From Podarcis cretensis (taxonomy: Eukaryota): a DNA stretch of 64,000 nt. Shown in pieces: positions 13,201 to 26,900 of the stretch (positions within the stretch are counted from its first letter, which is position 1; each line of letters opens with the position of its first letter). Below the pieces are notes generated by a model that was not told where the DNA came from, did not search any database, and worked only from the letters and a program-made list of their open reading frames with translations. Location of the stretch: positions 87,916,001-87,980,000 of the forward strand of contig OX638149.1 in NCBI GenBank assembly GCA_951804945.1. Direction: 5' to 3'. A program made the translations under genes and the position numbers.

Positions 13201-15225
13201 GCCCCAAAGTTTGGCCTCTGGCAGCAGCCTGAGATCCAAGCAATAGTATGACACCAGAGCACAGGAGACTAAAGGACAACTACCTTAACACTGCACCCCT
13301 GTGCACTCTTTTAACTTAGGAGTGAGGTCCATTGTGTACAGGGGAAATAATTTCTAATAAGTAAGGTAATAAGTAAGCATAGGCCTAGTCTGCCTGTTTA
13401 TTTAATATATATTTTACCTTTCCCCCAAGTTGTTATAAAATACGAAGTGGTCAAAAACAATAGTTAAAAATACAACAAAACACATTTAGAACCAGCTTTA
13501 AAATACGGATTGCCCAGATAGCAGACCAGTGGTCAACGTACTCTGCACCTAGTTTTCAAATGTTGCTTTAAACAGGAAGCTCTTTGCCTTGTCCATTGCA
13601 ACAGTGGGCCTTAGTAGGATCTTTTGACCCTGGCATGGTGGTCTCTAGGGCTTTCCAGGCTCAAAGCCCAGAATGTTGGATGGAACTCCATTCTGGAAAA
13701 TGTAAGGCAGCAACTACCATGGCTGCCAAAGAGGTCTTAAGGCCAAAGCTGCAAGGTCTTGCCTTTTGCCTCCTTGAATCCTGGCAGAGGAGAGGAAAGC
13801 AGTAACTGCTCCATGTTTCTGTTTCTGTCTATCTGGGTCAGGTGGTCAGTGAAGGACCTTTTGTAGCAGAGGGAAGAGGACTGTGTTGTGGAGACTGAGG
13901 CTCAATACACCCCAGAGCATTAACACCCATGGGGTAGTCATAACTCAGCACTATTGTCCAGTAACCTCAGCATAGTAGGAATTGTGCATCATTCAACAGA
14001 GACTGAAGCGGGTGACAAGAGCAAGAAATTGCTACAGATTTGGACAGTGAAAGTGTGGAGCTACGGCTTGTGTTCAGATCTGACTCACCTGTACCCCCAT
14101 GTTCAGATAAGCATGTCAGGAGGAAGCCAAGAATACACAGGCAAGATCCTGTTTTCCCTGTATCTCCTTCTCCCATAGTCCTCATGCTGCCTAGTACAGA
14201 CTCTGTCTATAAAGTCACCAGCCTGGCCCCTGGCAGAACAAATTTTAATAGCTCACTTCATCACACAAGTGGGCTTGGGGGTTGGGGGAATAAATTTATT
14301 CCAGTTTGCAAACTCATTCTTCCTTAATCATCTGGAGGTGAACTCTACTCACCTATTTCACAAGCGTGGCCTAATGTGATGTGAAGCAAGAGTTGTGCTA
14401 CAGGAGCCAAAGAACACTCCTCTCCCAATGTGCACATATAGAGGTCTAGGAGCTAATCACCCATGGAGGCGACAGGGACTGTTTGACAAGATAGCATTCA
14501 CAGGCCTTAGGCCATCAGACAAGGGGATGAACAATCAGGCAGTGCTTAAGCTTTGAAGCTGAGCAGCTGTCTGAAATAAAAGGACACCAGTCCCTTATCT
14601 GTCCTCCTGAGGGGCTGGGATCAGAACTGCCGCCTCATCTTTATCAAGGAACATAGTTTGTTGTTTTCCTATGGGCCAAAAGACAGTGTGATATGGAAGA
14701 TCTATGATCAGGTCTCCAAATGCCTTTTTCTTGGTTAAAAGCAGCTGCTGGGGAGTGGGGCTGGATAAAGGGTAGGGCTGTGGCGCTGAAGAGGGGCCGG
14801 TTAACCCTTCACCTATCTCCAAAATCTCTTGCCTGAAACCTCTGTTACTTGAGGGGATAGGATTGCCAAAGGTGTAAAGTGCTGTGATTTTTGCTGTGAC
14901 TTGAAAAGGCCATGCCTGTTGGAATCCCTGCTATGTGTGACTGACAGCAGGGGGAAGGGGGCCACAACAAGGACTGGGGAATCTATCACATTCCAGGTGT
15001 TGTTAGACTCCAACTCCCATCAACCCCAGCCAGCGTGGGATGAAGGGAGATGTAGCCAAGCAAAATCTGAAGTGCCATCCCTTTCAGGTTTCGCCATCCC
15101 TGGAATAAGCTCATGGGCAAGCCGTTAAGCCTTCACACAACTGTACTGTGCAAATGCAATGGAAGATCTCATGTGGGTGGTGAGCATTGCAATGGTGACT
15201 AAGTGAAATGTGCTCTTTCTTGCAG

Positions 15226-15602
15226 GTTTCCGTGAGAGTGCTTTTGCCTATGCCATTGCAGCCGCAGGGGTGGTACATGCTGTCTCCAATGCATGCTCCC
15301 TGGGCAAGCTGCAGGCATGTGGCTGTGACCAGAAGCGCCGTGGGGATGAGGAAGCTTTCCGTCTCAAGCTGCACCGTCTCCAGCTGGAGGCCATGAACCG
15401 AGGCAAGGGGATGATGCATGGAGTGCACTTGGAACACATGCCAGCTGAGGCCCCAGGCCTGCAAGACTCCTGGGAGTGGGGGGGCTGCAGCCCCGATGTG
15501 GACTATGGGGAGAAATTTTCCAAGGACTTCTTAGATTCCCGGGAGACCTACCGAGACATCCACTCTCGCATGAGACTGCACAACAACCGTGTTGGCCGGC
15601 AG
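15226..15602 (+). CDS. WNT10A: WNT10A coding exon 3 (377 bp)
   Basis: Acceptor tctttcttgcAG ends at 15225 and donor GTgag starts at 15603. Encodes (G)[23 protein letters not shown]...[10 protein letters not shown]...[12 protein letters not shown]. Phase is consistent with exon 2 (G|GT) and exon 4 (phase 0). Confidence 0.96.
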
Positions 15603-15853
15603 GTGAGCTGAAAGCGCAGCAATGGGTTGGGTGGGGAGTTGGAGTCAAGGCTTGGAAAAAGGTTTCTGGGAGGGAGTCAATAACCCAGACAGTTCCTGAT
15701 CTATAGAAATAAACGAGGCTGATCATTCCAGCTCAGACACTCATCTACCTGGTTGGTCCAAGATGGGTTGTACAGGGCTAGCGTAACTGAGAAATGCTGT
15801 CTGCATTTAATGTGATGGCAACTTCTGATGCAATCAGATGCAGACTTGAGTCA

Positions 15854-16107
15854 GGGCTTATCCACACTTACCTTTTGCCCTGCTCTTTCCAGGCACAAGT
15901 TCCTCTCACCCACAGTTTAGCATTCAGTGGGAACAAACATCAGTTTGGGGTTTGGGCATATTGCTGTTTGCTCTGATTGAGCTTTAAAGAGCAGGTTTTC
16001 ATGGGGAAAGCTCCAGAAGGGTGGGGAGAAAGGGCGCTTGGACATGAAGATTTAAAGCATGGACCATGCCTGGAAAGAGCGGAGGAAAGGTAAGTGTGGA
16101 TAAGCCC
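15854..16107. mobile_element. PIF/Harbinger-like MITE
   Basis: ~40-bp TIRs GGGCTTATCCACACTTACC...GCTCTTTCCAGGCA with 3-bp flanks tca/tcc. A related copy lies at 27331. Confidence 0.8.
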
Positions 16108-17918
16108 TCCCATAGTGTACTGTGCTTGCATTCTGCCAGTGCTTGATCCCTGCCTGGAGCAATCTGAGAACCAAGAGCATCAATTGTGGTTTGTTTACCA
16201 GCAGAAATGATAGCATGGTAGGGCCATCCTCATCTCTGCTTCCCTGATGCACAGCTTCTCATACTTGCATTTTAGATGAAGCAGAAGTGTGGAACATGCA
16301 AGAAAATTATGGTAATTCAAGAGATTTATTGTTCTGTTTAACCACTTAATCCATAAGAAAAGGCCCCATTACTCTGCATACTCAAGTCTGATTCCAAGCT
16401 CACTGGAAAGCAAATAGAACACCCATGATTAGAAGCAGTTTGCTCCTAGACTTCCGGGTTAGCGCCTCCGGCAATGGCGGAGCTCCTCCGATCGGGAGGA
16501 ACCGGCTCCGTGAAAAACAGGGTCTGACCGCCACAGTCAGCCCTTTGTAACATGCTTTTAAAATCCTGTCCCTGTGAACACACAGACACCGTCTCCTTGC
16601 ACAAAAGTAGCTCATGATGATTAAAGCTGTTGATCTGCTTAATGATCTGCATGCACATCTCTGAAATTCCTCTGTATTCAGAATATTTGTTGTTCACTGA
16701 GGAATCGTCGAGCTGCAGGTAGTAGAGATATCATCTGTACATGCATCTGGCAAAGTAGATTCTGGCCCATCAAAACTTATGCTACAATATATTTTAGTTT
16801 TTAAGGTGTCAAAGAATCATTTTTTCCTGCATGGCACATACTGAGATGTAGATCAGCCAGTGCAGTAACCCCCATCTTGGAGAAGAGCATTTGTGAGGTT
16901 TCGAGAAAAGCTTGATTCAGTCAGGCACATCATTCTGCTGATTTAGGTTTGAATGCTAAAATGCTGAACAGTTTGAGTGGGTGGCCACCCATGATCTGAG
17001 CTAGGTTCAAGCCTCTATATTCCCCCACAACTAATAGTTCTACAGGAAAATCCAGTGAGAGTTACTATTACTAATTCATTACCTGCAACTAGAAAGTGGT
17101 TTTATAATAACAAAAGATGGCTGAAGAAGTTAATTGCTAAGGGAAGAAAATGGCAATGGACATTTTCAGTGGAAGTAAGCCTAGCAAAAATTGTGCAGTC
17201 ATCTCTAAGCTGTACAGCTGGGGAGGGCCAACTTTTTTCTATTGATGGACACATTTGAGGGTCACATTCCTGTGGGAGTAATCTGTCAGACAGCAGTAGA
17301 GTCAGAAGTGGGTACAGCTACTCCCTTTCTGTCTTTTTGCCACCCACTTCTCCCCCTCCCTTGTCCCTTTCCACCTGTTTTTCCCATTTGCCACTCACAG
17401 GAAGTTGGGCCAAGAGTTGCAGATTGCTCACCTGCATTGTATAGGTACACCTATCTGATCTGATGCACCTATTTCTAATATCATGCAATCAGAAAAAAAG
17501 AGGGATGTCTGCATGGACTTGCCCACTCCCTTGAAGAGAATGGGGAAGCCTCTTAGAGGCAGGGTGCTTCCAGGTGATAGGTTTATTGAGCACTCATTCT
17601 GATTTGTTTTCAGGGAGGTTAGATGACATTGCATCAAAGCAAGTTTATCCCACACTTGCTTTGATGCAGTGTCAGTTAACCTCCCACACTTTCCAGTACA
17701 TTATCCCATCACTTCCCTTATTTCCAAAAGTCTTATCTTTTGGGAGGTGGGTTTGTTAGTTGACTTTCCAATCAACTATAATTGCACAACCTGAATTTGA
17801 TGGTATATGAATCCTACCTGAATCTCACCTGAAAATGGCAACAGTCTGGAAGTGTTAGGCAAGCATTTGGATGGATTAATTTATGCAGCAAGATGATTGA
17901 TCGGAGGATCTCTTAAGG

Positions 17919-18113
17919 CAGGCATGTCCAGAGTCCGTTTCAGGGGCCTAATCTGGCCCACCAGTCTGTTTAATTTGGCCCTTGTGGCAGTTTATTTCCT
18001 GGGGTAAAATCCTAAAAAAAAGGTCAACAACTTTGGTCGGCCCTTTGGTCAGCCTTCACGGCCCTTCACTTCATCAAATCTGGCCCTCTTTGAAAAAAGT
18101 TTGGACACAACTG
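17919..18113. mobile_element. hAT MITE
   Basis: Ends CAGGCATGTCC / GGACACAACTG. Both flanks share cttaagg (degenerate TSD). Confidence 0.75.
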
Positions 18114-19805
18114 TACTTAAGGCTACTATCATTGCTAGACAAATAGCTTTTGGCTGCACTTGATACCTGTGAACAGAGCTGTGTGTAATCTGTGACCACT
18201 CTATGCAAATGTAGAAGTAAGCATTGGAGACACCTTAATTTCATTTTAACTTCAGTTGTTTAGGTCAAAATTCAAAACCAGCACTTTGAATTGTTCCTGG
18301 AAAGCAGCAGGAAGCCAGTGCAGGTGTTCAAGCACTAGTATAATGTGTTCCATATTTTAGAGAGAGAGATTACTTAACAATACATTTTTTTGTAATTTAA
18401 GAGAAATAGTGTTCTAATTATAGCTTAGTGCACCAGACATCCTCAAGGGTAGTATATGCAAGTGGAAACTGAGCAGTGCTTAACATTGCAAATTAAATAA
18501 TATAGATGCATGACTGCAGACAGAAAAGCTTGTTACCTTAAAATGACTTCTCCCAGCACATTCACTTCCTCTATTACCTCTCAGCCTGCATCCTAAAAAG
18601 AAATGTTCCTAAAAATTGCATCACTGAACTCAGAAGACAATCTGCAGTAATTTGGGATTGTTACACATCATAACAGCCTTCAGTCTTTTGCTCATCAGTT
18701 TATTTTATGATATATGTTTAAAGTACCAATTACGTGAAGTGGCCACAATGTATGTATGGTAAATTGAACTCTATTTTGGATTCACCATTCCTAACTATAA
18801 AGTCAGCCCCAGTGAACATCAGTACTTGAGATACATCACATTAGGATAGAAGGAAGCCCATGTAATCTCAAAATAAGGTATACAAAAGAGATGTCCAGTC
18901 ATATAGGGCCAACTTCTATTTATATGAGTTCATCAGTTACAAGTACTGAAGGCTGGCACATCCAGATCCTGAAAGTGCTCCAGTGCCTTACAAGAATTTT
19001 CTAGAAGGGGTCATGGGTGGCTTTTCTGCCTCTGCATGACTTGGATGTGAAAAGTCATACATGGTGAAGCTTTGCCTTCTGTGTAAATTGTAAAAGGTGT
19101 AGGAGTCCTCTCACACAATAAGCAGGTATGCAGTGAGCTGGGGAGTTGGTCCAATAGGACTGTTTTAAGAATCCATTGGAAAAGCAAGTGACTGTTCCAC
19201 TGATATATACCACTGAGAACTAACTCACGTATGTGTTAAGCAAGACCACTTCATGCCAGCACTGCCAAGGGCTGCTGCAACAAACAGCTGTACAACCCTT
19301 TGAGAGGCAGAGATGTGAGAGGGCATCAGAGGAAGCAGGGAAGGAAGGAAAGAGGGACAGAGGCAGGCACCCTGACCATCATTCAAGGCACCCCAGGGTG
19401 CCACAACACACTGGTTGAAAATCACTGGCCTGAAGTGTCTCTATCATTCCTTTGAGATGGAATGGTAAAATCTGCAGTTCAAATGCCCTTGCTGTGTTGA
19501 TATAGGAGAAATCTAATCCAGGTTAATGACTGCTAATACAGGTTAAGCCTTCCTCCTGTAAACAAGCCTGCCCTAACTCTGACCTTTTGGCTCCTTGACA
19601 AGGGGGAAGGAGCCCTGCACTCTCTGCCTAATCCATCAGAGTCAGACCACTCTGCCACTGCTTTGTATCTGTGCATTTAGGAGAACCATTGTTCCACCAA
19701 GGTTGGTACAAGAATCAGTGCTTTTCAAATCCAGGGAAATCGAGGTTATGTATGGGATAGGGTACTTGAATGGAACAATATGCCCAGGCTGATAATGGAA
19801 TCTCC

Positions 19806-19811
<6 letters not shown>

Positions 19812-19856
<45 letters not shown>
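19812..19856. repeat. (AT)n microsatellite
   Basis: Visible directly in the sequence. Confidence 0.95.
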
Positions 19857-19862
<6 letters not shown>

Positions 19863-19867
19863 AAATC

Positions 19868-20577
19868 TGTGGGGGGATACGTGATGTATAAGATATTATG
19901 ACGTATAAGATATTATGCTTCAGTGAGGAAAGGAGCTGGATCCCCAAGAGTCGATAAATCTGACAGCTAATGGCAGCCAGAAATTTAATTCTAGTGACCA
20001 GCAAGGAAAGCCTTGAATGTGTTTCACCAAAGGGTTACCCGTTTTTCAAAACACTGGAAGCAAAACAAGGAGGCAGAAAGTGTCTCTATAAAAAAGATGT
20101 TAGAGTGAGTCGCATACTAGGATCCAGTATCAGTGTTAGGAGCTGGTGTCGGGTTTTCTTAATATTGATGTGGTCAGTGGTGCTACTCAGGTGTGTGTGT
20201 TTGTAATTATAACCTGTATGGCAGCACATCTGTGAGCTTTTCACAATTTAGCACACCTGAGGTATCTTAACAATTTAACTAATTAGCAGGGGGGAGTTTA
20301 CCTACTGCACCGAATGCAGCGATGTGATAGGGTAATTGTTTATTTGAAAAACGTATTTAAGTTGATCAAGTGGTATAGTGTGTACTGTTATAGAATACTG
20401 TTAAGGAATGCTGTTGAGGAATGGTAGTGAGAAGGGGTGTTTTGCAGCTGTTTGATTATTATTTAAAAATAAAGTAAGCAAAGATATTGTGGGCAAGTTT
20501 TTATTCCATCGCCCCAGTCGCTGCGTAAACTTGGTTGGCAAAGAAGGTCCAATAGCTGGGAAGGAGGGATTGCTACA
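19868..20577 (+). mobile_element. Putative solo LTR (~710 bp), possibly Gypsy-like
   Basis: TGT...ACA ends, TATAAAA at 20087, AATAAA at 20468 (~105 bp before the end), and a short internal duplication gtataagatattatg x2. No matching TSD found; the left flank is an (AT)n tract. Confidence 0.5.
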
Positions 20578-20676
20578 GTGTTAGAAACTGAGATATGAAA
20601 GGTAGAAGCTAAATGGCATCTTAAACCTAGGTTATGGGCGCAACAACAGAATGTCTAGGCACCCTTTTTTTTAACA

Positions 20677-21130
20677 AGAATCATAGAATCATAGAGTTGG
20701 AAGAGACCACAAGGGCCATCGAGTCCAACCCCCTGCCAAGCAGGAAACACCATCAGAGCACTCCTGACATATGGTTGTCAAGCCTCTGCTTAAAGACCTC
20801 CAAAGAAGGAGACTCCACCACACTCCTTGGCAGCAAATTCCACTGTCGAACAGCTCTTACTGTCAGGAAGTTCTTCCTAATGTTTAGGTGGAATCTTCTT
20901 TCTTGTAGTTTGGAACCATTGCTCCGTGTCCGCTTCTCTGGAGCAGCAGAAAACAACCTTTCTCCCTCCTCTATGTGACATCCTTTTATATATTTGAACA
21001 TGGCTATCATATCACCCCTTAACCTCCTCTTCTCCAGGCTAAACATGCCTAGCTCCCTTAGCCGTTCTTCATAAGGCATCGTTTCCAGGCCTTTGACCAT
21101 TTTGGTTGCCCTCCTCTGGACACATTCCAG
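20677..21130 (-). mobile_element. CR1 LINE 3' fragment (ORF2 C-terminus plus 3' UTR), young, 5'-truncated
   Basis: ORF 21100-20753 encodes [28 protein letters not shown]...[31 protein letters not shown], typical of the CR1 ORF2 end. It ends in (ATTCTATG)n repeats. Confidence 0.95.
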
Positions 21131-23900
21131 ATATACAAAGCTGAAAATTCCAGATATACAAAGCTGGACACGTTCCAGAATACAAAGCTGAAAATGAATG
21201 AACTTGAACTAAAATACTACGTTCATTTTTCACATGGTCTAGTCCTTCCCCTGCCCACCCCCCTAATATTCTTAAGAGGGTCTCTTCTCCAGTCTTCAGA
21301 GAGTAGCTGGAAGTGGGGAGGCAGAAAAAGGTCCTCCTTTCCTTCCACTCTGCAGTTTTAATCTGAAATCTAGGCACAATACTGCGCCCAGAGCTCAGAA
21401 ACTGCTCACCCTAATGAAATTCTCTGTCGCAAAATGTGCCTAGAACAATGGGAGTTTTGAACACTGGCTACAAATGCACCTTGCCCATTGATCTTCACTT
21501 TGTGAAGCTCTTTTGACCAGTGGCAGTTAAAAAGAATGTTAAAAAGATGTTATTTTACTCCTGTGGAGCAGAAAGGCTCACCTTGTTGCTAAAACAGTGT
21601 TTGACTGCTATATCCAGCCAAAATGTGTGGCTTTCTTTCATCTCTTAGGACTAACCTGAAATTGCTTTGAAGCAGGAGAATGATGGTGTGTGTGTGTTTG
21701 TGTGTACATGATAGCAATATGTTTGATAGGCGTGCAATGAGAAGACTATGGTCACTGCCAGGAGACGGCAGAGTAAGATCCAGGCAGCACAGGAGCCACA
21801 AAAGGCCCTGTCAAAGAGGCATATATCTAAGAAGGGTGATTGGGCGTGGCAATGACACATGGCAGCTGCACAGTTTGCATTACATTGACACCCAGGTACC
21901 CCAGCTGGGTTCTGGGACTGCGCTGCCCACAATGCCCCAATGTAGTATTTCTACAGTGTATTGAAATGGTGTATCAGACTTAGCCAGTGGGCACTGATCG
22001 CAGCACTTTGCTGATAGCAGGACTTTGAGAGCATTCTTCAGAAAAGACCTTTCAAACCTGTAACCTGGCTTTCAAGGTGATAGAAAGGGCTTGTTCTTGT
22101 GGTGGGTTTTAGAGGGGAGACTTGGGAGGGAGGAATGGGACATCTCTCAGTTGCAAGTTAATTTAATAAAGTGGCAGTTCTACTTAATATGAACAAACTA
22201 GGCATATTTTGAGGAGCCCTAATAGGATTTTTTTAGAACTGGCCCATGATGATGGGATACTTGTCCCCAATTTCTTACCATGTTAAGCATCTTTTTCTTT
22301 AAAAAAGCATTTTGATTCCCTCTGCCCTTCTCCCTCCTGGGACCAGTTTTCCACCGGATGCTTTCTTTGTGACCTAAAGGGTAGAATATTGGGAGTGAAG
22401 AAACTAAACCTTGGCTCCTACCAGCACTATCCAAGGAGACCCACATTCTGGCTTCTCCTACGAAGCCTTTCCTGGAACATGCTGGTGGGTGTTCCACCCA
22501 CTTGCAGAAACTGTCCCTTGCTGACAGAATTGCAGTAGATCCCTTGCCAGAGAAAAGACTCTTCGTGGTTTGTTTCTTTAAAAAGAAAAAAGAAAAAAAC
22601 CGACTACAGCTGCAATCCTATATATACACTTACTTGGAAGTAAGTTTCATTGAACTTGGTGGGATTTTCATCCAAGTAAACATGCAATAGGATTGTACTG
22701 TGCAGCTGTTCTTTGAGATTAGGTGTCCTTTGAACAGTTGTACTTTCAAGCTCAGCGTAATGGGCTGGAGAGTGAGTGGAGGTGGGGGAGAGGAAGACAT
22801 GCCCCTGTCTGGTTGCTGTGAATGACCTTTTGTTATCCCCTCTGCATGGTATAGACAGAGCTCTGATTTAGGAAAGAAGACTCTGGAGGGCTTCTCTGAG
22901 GGGGAGCAGCATTGTCCTCCCGCTGTTCCTTTGGGAAGCCCCTGCCTTGGGCAGGATGGGAACTTTGTTCCCCAGCACCCTTCCCCAGTAGGGGAAGCAC
23001 ACAGGAAATGGTTTCCAAACCACTAGGTGGGTTGCAAGGGGGATAATGGCTCCCAGCCTATTAGTGCTCTGTAATTTGGTGCTAATTTCCTTTATTACAG
23101 TGTTCCTGCATAGCAGGGGGTGGTGCTTGCTGCTTTCGGCATGTGTGGGGTGTGTGTGGCTGATCTTGCCATCAAATCTGTGCAAGCAGCAGGGCTAGCA
23201 CTTGGTGGGCAGATGGCACTGGCTTGCTCTGCAGGCTGGTATCATGTGCCTGCCCTGGCCCCTTTTGTCTCTCTAAGAGGCACGGAGGAGCTTGCTTGGC
23301 AAGGCAGTCTGTACTGCAGCTGTGCTTGGTTAAGGGATGGATCTGTGGCAACTGGCATTGCTGTGGCATTAGGAAAACTCTGAGCTAGCAAGGCTAGAGC
23401 TGCACCCATGAAGGACATAACTTGCCTTGTTGAATCAGACCAAAATTCCCATCTGGTCCTGTCCTCCGACATCCACTTTTATCTCCCCACCCCCATTTTA
23501 TGTTGTTATTTCTATGTATATTATGCTATGGCCGTATGGCTAATGCAATAAAATCGATTGAGTTGTTGTCCTGTCCTCTTGTCACCAGACAGGTCACCCT
23601 GGCAAGCTTCTAAAAAGGCTCTAGCCTCTCCCTATTCCTTGCTACCAGCACTCCCTCTACATGTGCACTTGCCTGACAATTACTATAGCATGCATGCAGG
23701 AGCAGGTGGCATATAGCTAAATGGAGCAGGTCTGCACACTTAGTGACTTGCCATAAAAAGTGTACTATGGGTTGCCAGGAGCCTGATAACACTTGTTTTT
23801 GCCCTTACCTGGGACTGCAGGAGCAAGGTGGTTGTCAAAACACCTGGTAGGTGAACCTCACTGGTACACTGAGTTTGGCTTGGTGGGTAGCAAACTGTTT

Positions 23901-23904
<4 letters not shown>

Positions 23905-23945
<41 letters not shown>
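23905..23945. repeat. (CA)n microsatellite
   Basis: Visible directly in the sequence. Confidence 0.95.
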
Positions 23946-23947
<2 letters not shown>

Positions 23948-26900
23948 ACAGACATTGGCAGTTTTCCTGATAACATTCTTAATTCGCTTGTGGTAGAATC
24001 TACTATGTATTGAAATGCCTCCCAGGTGCGTTGATATTAATAGTTTCCTACTTGCAAACAGAGCAGAAAAGACTGCCGTAAGTCCAAGCCAGTAGCAAGA
24101 ACAGTGTATAAAATGCTTTACAGCATTTGTTCTATATTTCCTTACACATCCCCGTGAGGTATATTATGCTGAGAAATGGTGTGTTGCCAATTGCCCCTCA
24201 AATAGGTTACATAGATAGGCACAGACTTGCAGCTGGGCTTCCCAGGGCCCCCATCTTGTCCACTCTTGCCTGTTGTTCCAAGAACAGACACAAGATAGAA
24301 CAATTATTGTTGTTTCCTGATGTTGTGCTTTGAATAGCCATTTGAGGCAGACAGAAATTCATAAGGTGGAGCTGTGTTCTTGCATGCCATCAAGCAGCAG
24401 TGAAAGGCAAAGAGACTATGTGGGTCCACTTGTGGGATCTGCCCCAGAGACTATAGATATGGTGTAGGGTGGCCAGATGCCAAAGAGGGCAGGGCTTTTG
24501 CCCCTTTAATAGTGGTGTCTGGGCTAAGTGGCATCAGTTTACTCTGTCAGTCCCAGCTCTCTCCTGCCTTCGCCCACCCATTAGGAAGACGGGATTTCCC
24601 AGGCTGGAGGCAGTCACCTCTTCCCTGGTTGGAACATGCCTGCCTGACGGTCGGGGAGGTACAAGCATACTCCACCACTGCTCCAGGCCTCTGTACACAT
24701 AACAGACAGGGGCCCATAATCCTGTACCCTCCAGATCTTAGAGGGAGGGACCAGCATGTGATGGGCGAGCTGCATTCAAGCAGCAAGTAGGCTTCTCTGC
24801 CTAGCAACCTATCCAAACTTGGATAAAGAACATTCCCTCTCTCCACAGCACCTCCCACCACCTTTGCACATGGGCTTTTCCTTGGGTAGAAGCAACCTCA
24901 CACAAGGGCACTTCTGCCCAGGAAGCCAGCAAAAGGACATCCTTCACGAGTCTTTTCACCCACGCATCTTGAGCCAGGATGAATCCAGCATTAAGTCATC
25001 CCAGGCTGAGGCTTGTTCCACTTATTTAAAATGATCTTATGCAGGGAATCACACCTTGGGTGCTTCTTTCCAAGTTGCCCATCTTTATTCCTAGAGGAAC
25101 TCATGAGTGTTGGCTTAGCCCCCTGCCCTTTACACCAAAGCCACTGCTGACCCTCCCTCCCAGTTGCTTTCTTTTCAGGCATTCTCCTCCCAATATACTT
25201 GGACCAGCGATGGGGTACCTTTGGCCTGCCACATGTTGCTGAACTACAACTCCTGTCAGCCCAGCATGTGTGATCCATAGCCAAGGATGATGGCAGTTGT
25301 AGTTCGGCAGCAGCTGGAGGGCCAAAGTTACCGCACACCTGACCTAGGCCTTCCAAGCATACATGCAAGGTCAAACAGAGAGGTAACTTAACCTTCAGGG
25401 CCTCATTACATGCCAATCAAGTGGAAGCTTATGTTGTACAATATATCTAATTCTCTATTAGCCCCAAGGTCTTCTGCATCCCAGTGCCAAACCAGTCATC
25501 TTAGCTGGATCCAAATATAATATGAGATAGATGCTATGGCCGGACCCTCTAGCTCAGGGGCAGGGAATCTCTGGCCCTTCAGATGTTACTGAACTCCTGG
25601 CAGCCCCAGTCACCATGGCCAATGGTCAAGGATGATGGACGTTGTAATTCAGCAGCAGCTGGAGAAACAGTTTCCTCCATCCCTTCTCTAGTTGGTGATT
25701 CCACTCCCACCCCCCATACCTGGTGAATCTCAGCTTCAGGACGTTTTTTTCTAGTAGCGAGAACACATTTGAACATTCAGTATAGGTACCAGGCAGGTGG
25801 GCAAAAGCATTCTCCCTCAAGATTCTGGAGATGGTTGGCCATACAATGAGTAGGCAGCTCTTCCCTGTACTGGAGAGAGATCATTTATGCTGGTTATCCT
25901 GATGAGTTTGCAGCAGTCTGTCTTTCTCCCTGTTTTAGCTTTAAACCTCTTGTGAGTATATTCAGATATTTCAATGTTCTCCTCTTCTGTATCAATCATT
26001 TCTTCTTTCTCTCTGCATTGCTGCTTAGACCTTTCTATCTACAGTTTCCAGCCCTTTAATCAGTCCTAAACTTGCACTCTCTGTTCCCTGCATGGATCCC
26101 ATTTCTCACCCTTCCACCTGGCAAACAACTCATTTTCTCTGTTTTTACTCTGAAGAGTCTTGATTGACCCTGCTCCTTCCCCTTTTTCTTTTTCTTTCCT
26201 CCCTAATGTGTCTCGTTTTGATCTTCAGATGATAAACTTGGGCAGGGCCCACTTTAATAACAATAATCATTTCAGTCCAGAGTCCCAGATGGAGCTTCAG
26301 ATCAAGTAAAACTCAGAATAAACACAGTTGCAATAGTTAGAGCTTGGGAAACCAAATCAGGATGTTGAAAGTTACATTTCTTCTCGCAGAACCAGAAATT
26401 TGGAATCCAAAACAAAACTCAAATGTCTCTTCTGTGGCCTTTGTCTATGCAGTTGCTCAATACTTGGAAGTAGTATACACACACACCTTTCCATTTGAGA
26501 GGGAGGGGTGATTACACATTGTGCTGTTCATATTTGCAGCTTCAATTTTTTAAAAATGCATTTTAGCTTTAGTTTTTTCCTGCAGAAATCACGAAAGGTA
26601 GCTTTTACACTTCTTGCCTTTATAGTTACAGAAAGGAACCTTAGTGCCCTGTGTACTTCGCAGCAAGACTCCAAAATAAAGTGTGTTGGGGGAGGGGGAG
26701 ATAAGTACCTTTTTAAAAAGCCAGCTTTTTTCTCTTTCTTTTTAAATGAAAAGGTCCTGTGATATGAACGTTGTCTAAATCTGAGTTACTGATGCATAAT
26801 TTTAGAGCATCAGCTTCATCTTTCATTCTCACTCTGCAAACAGCCCTACCCTCTTGCAGCCGTGTAATCCCTGACCGCACGTCGCTGCATGTAACCAGGT

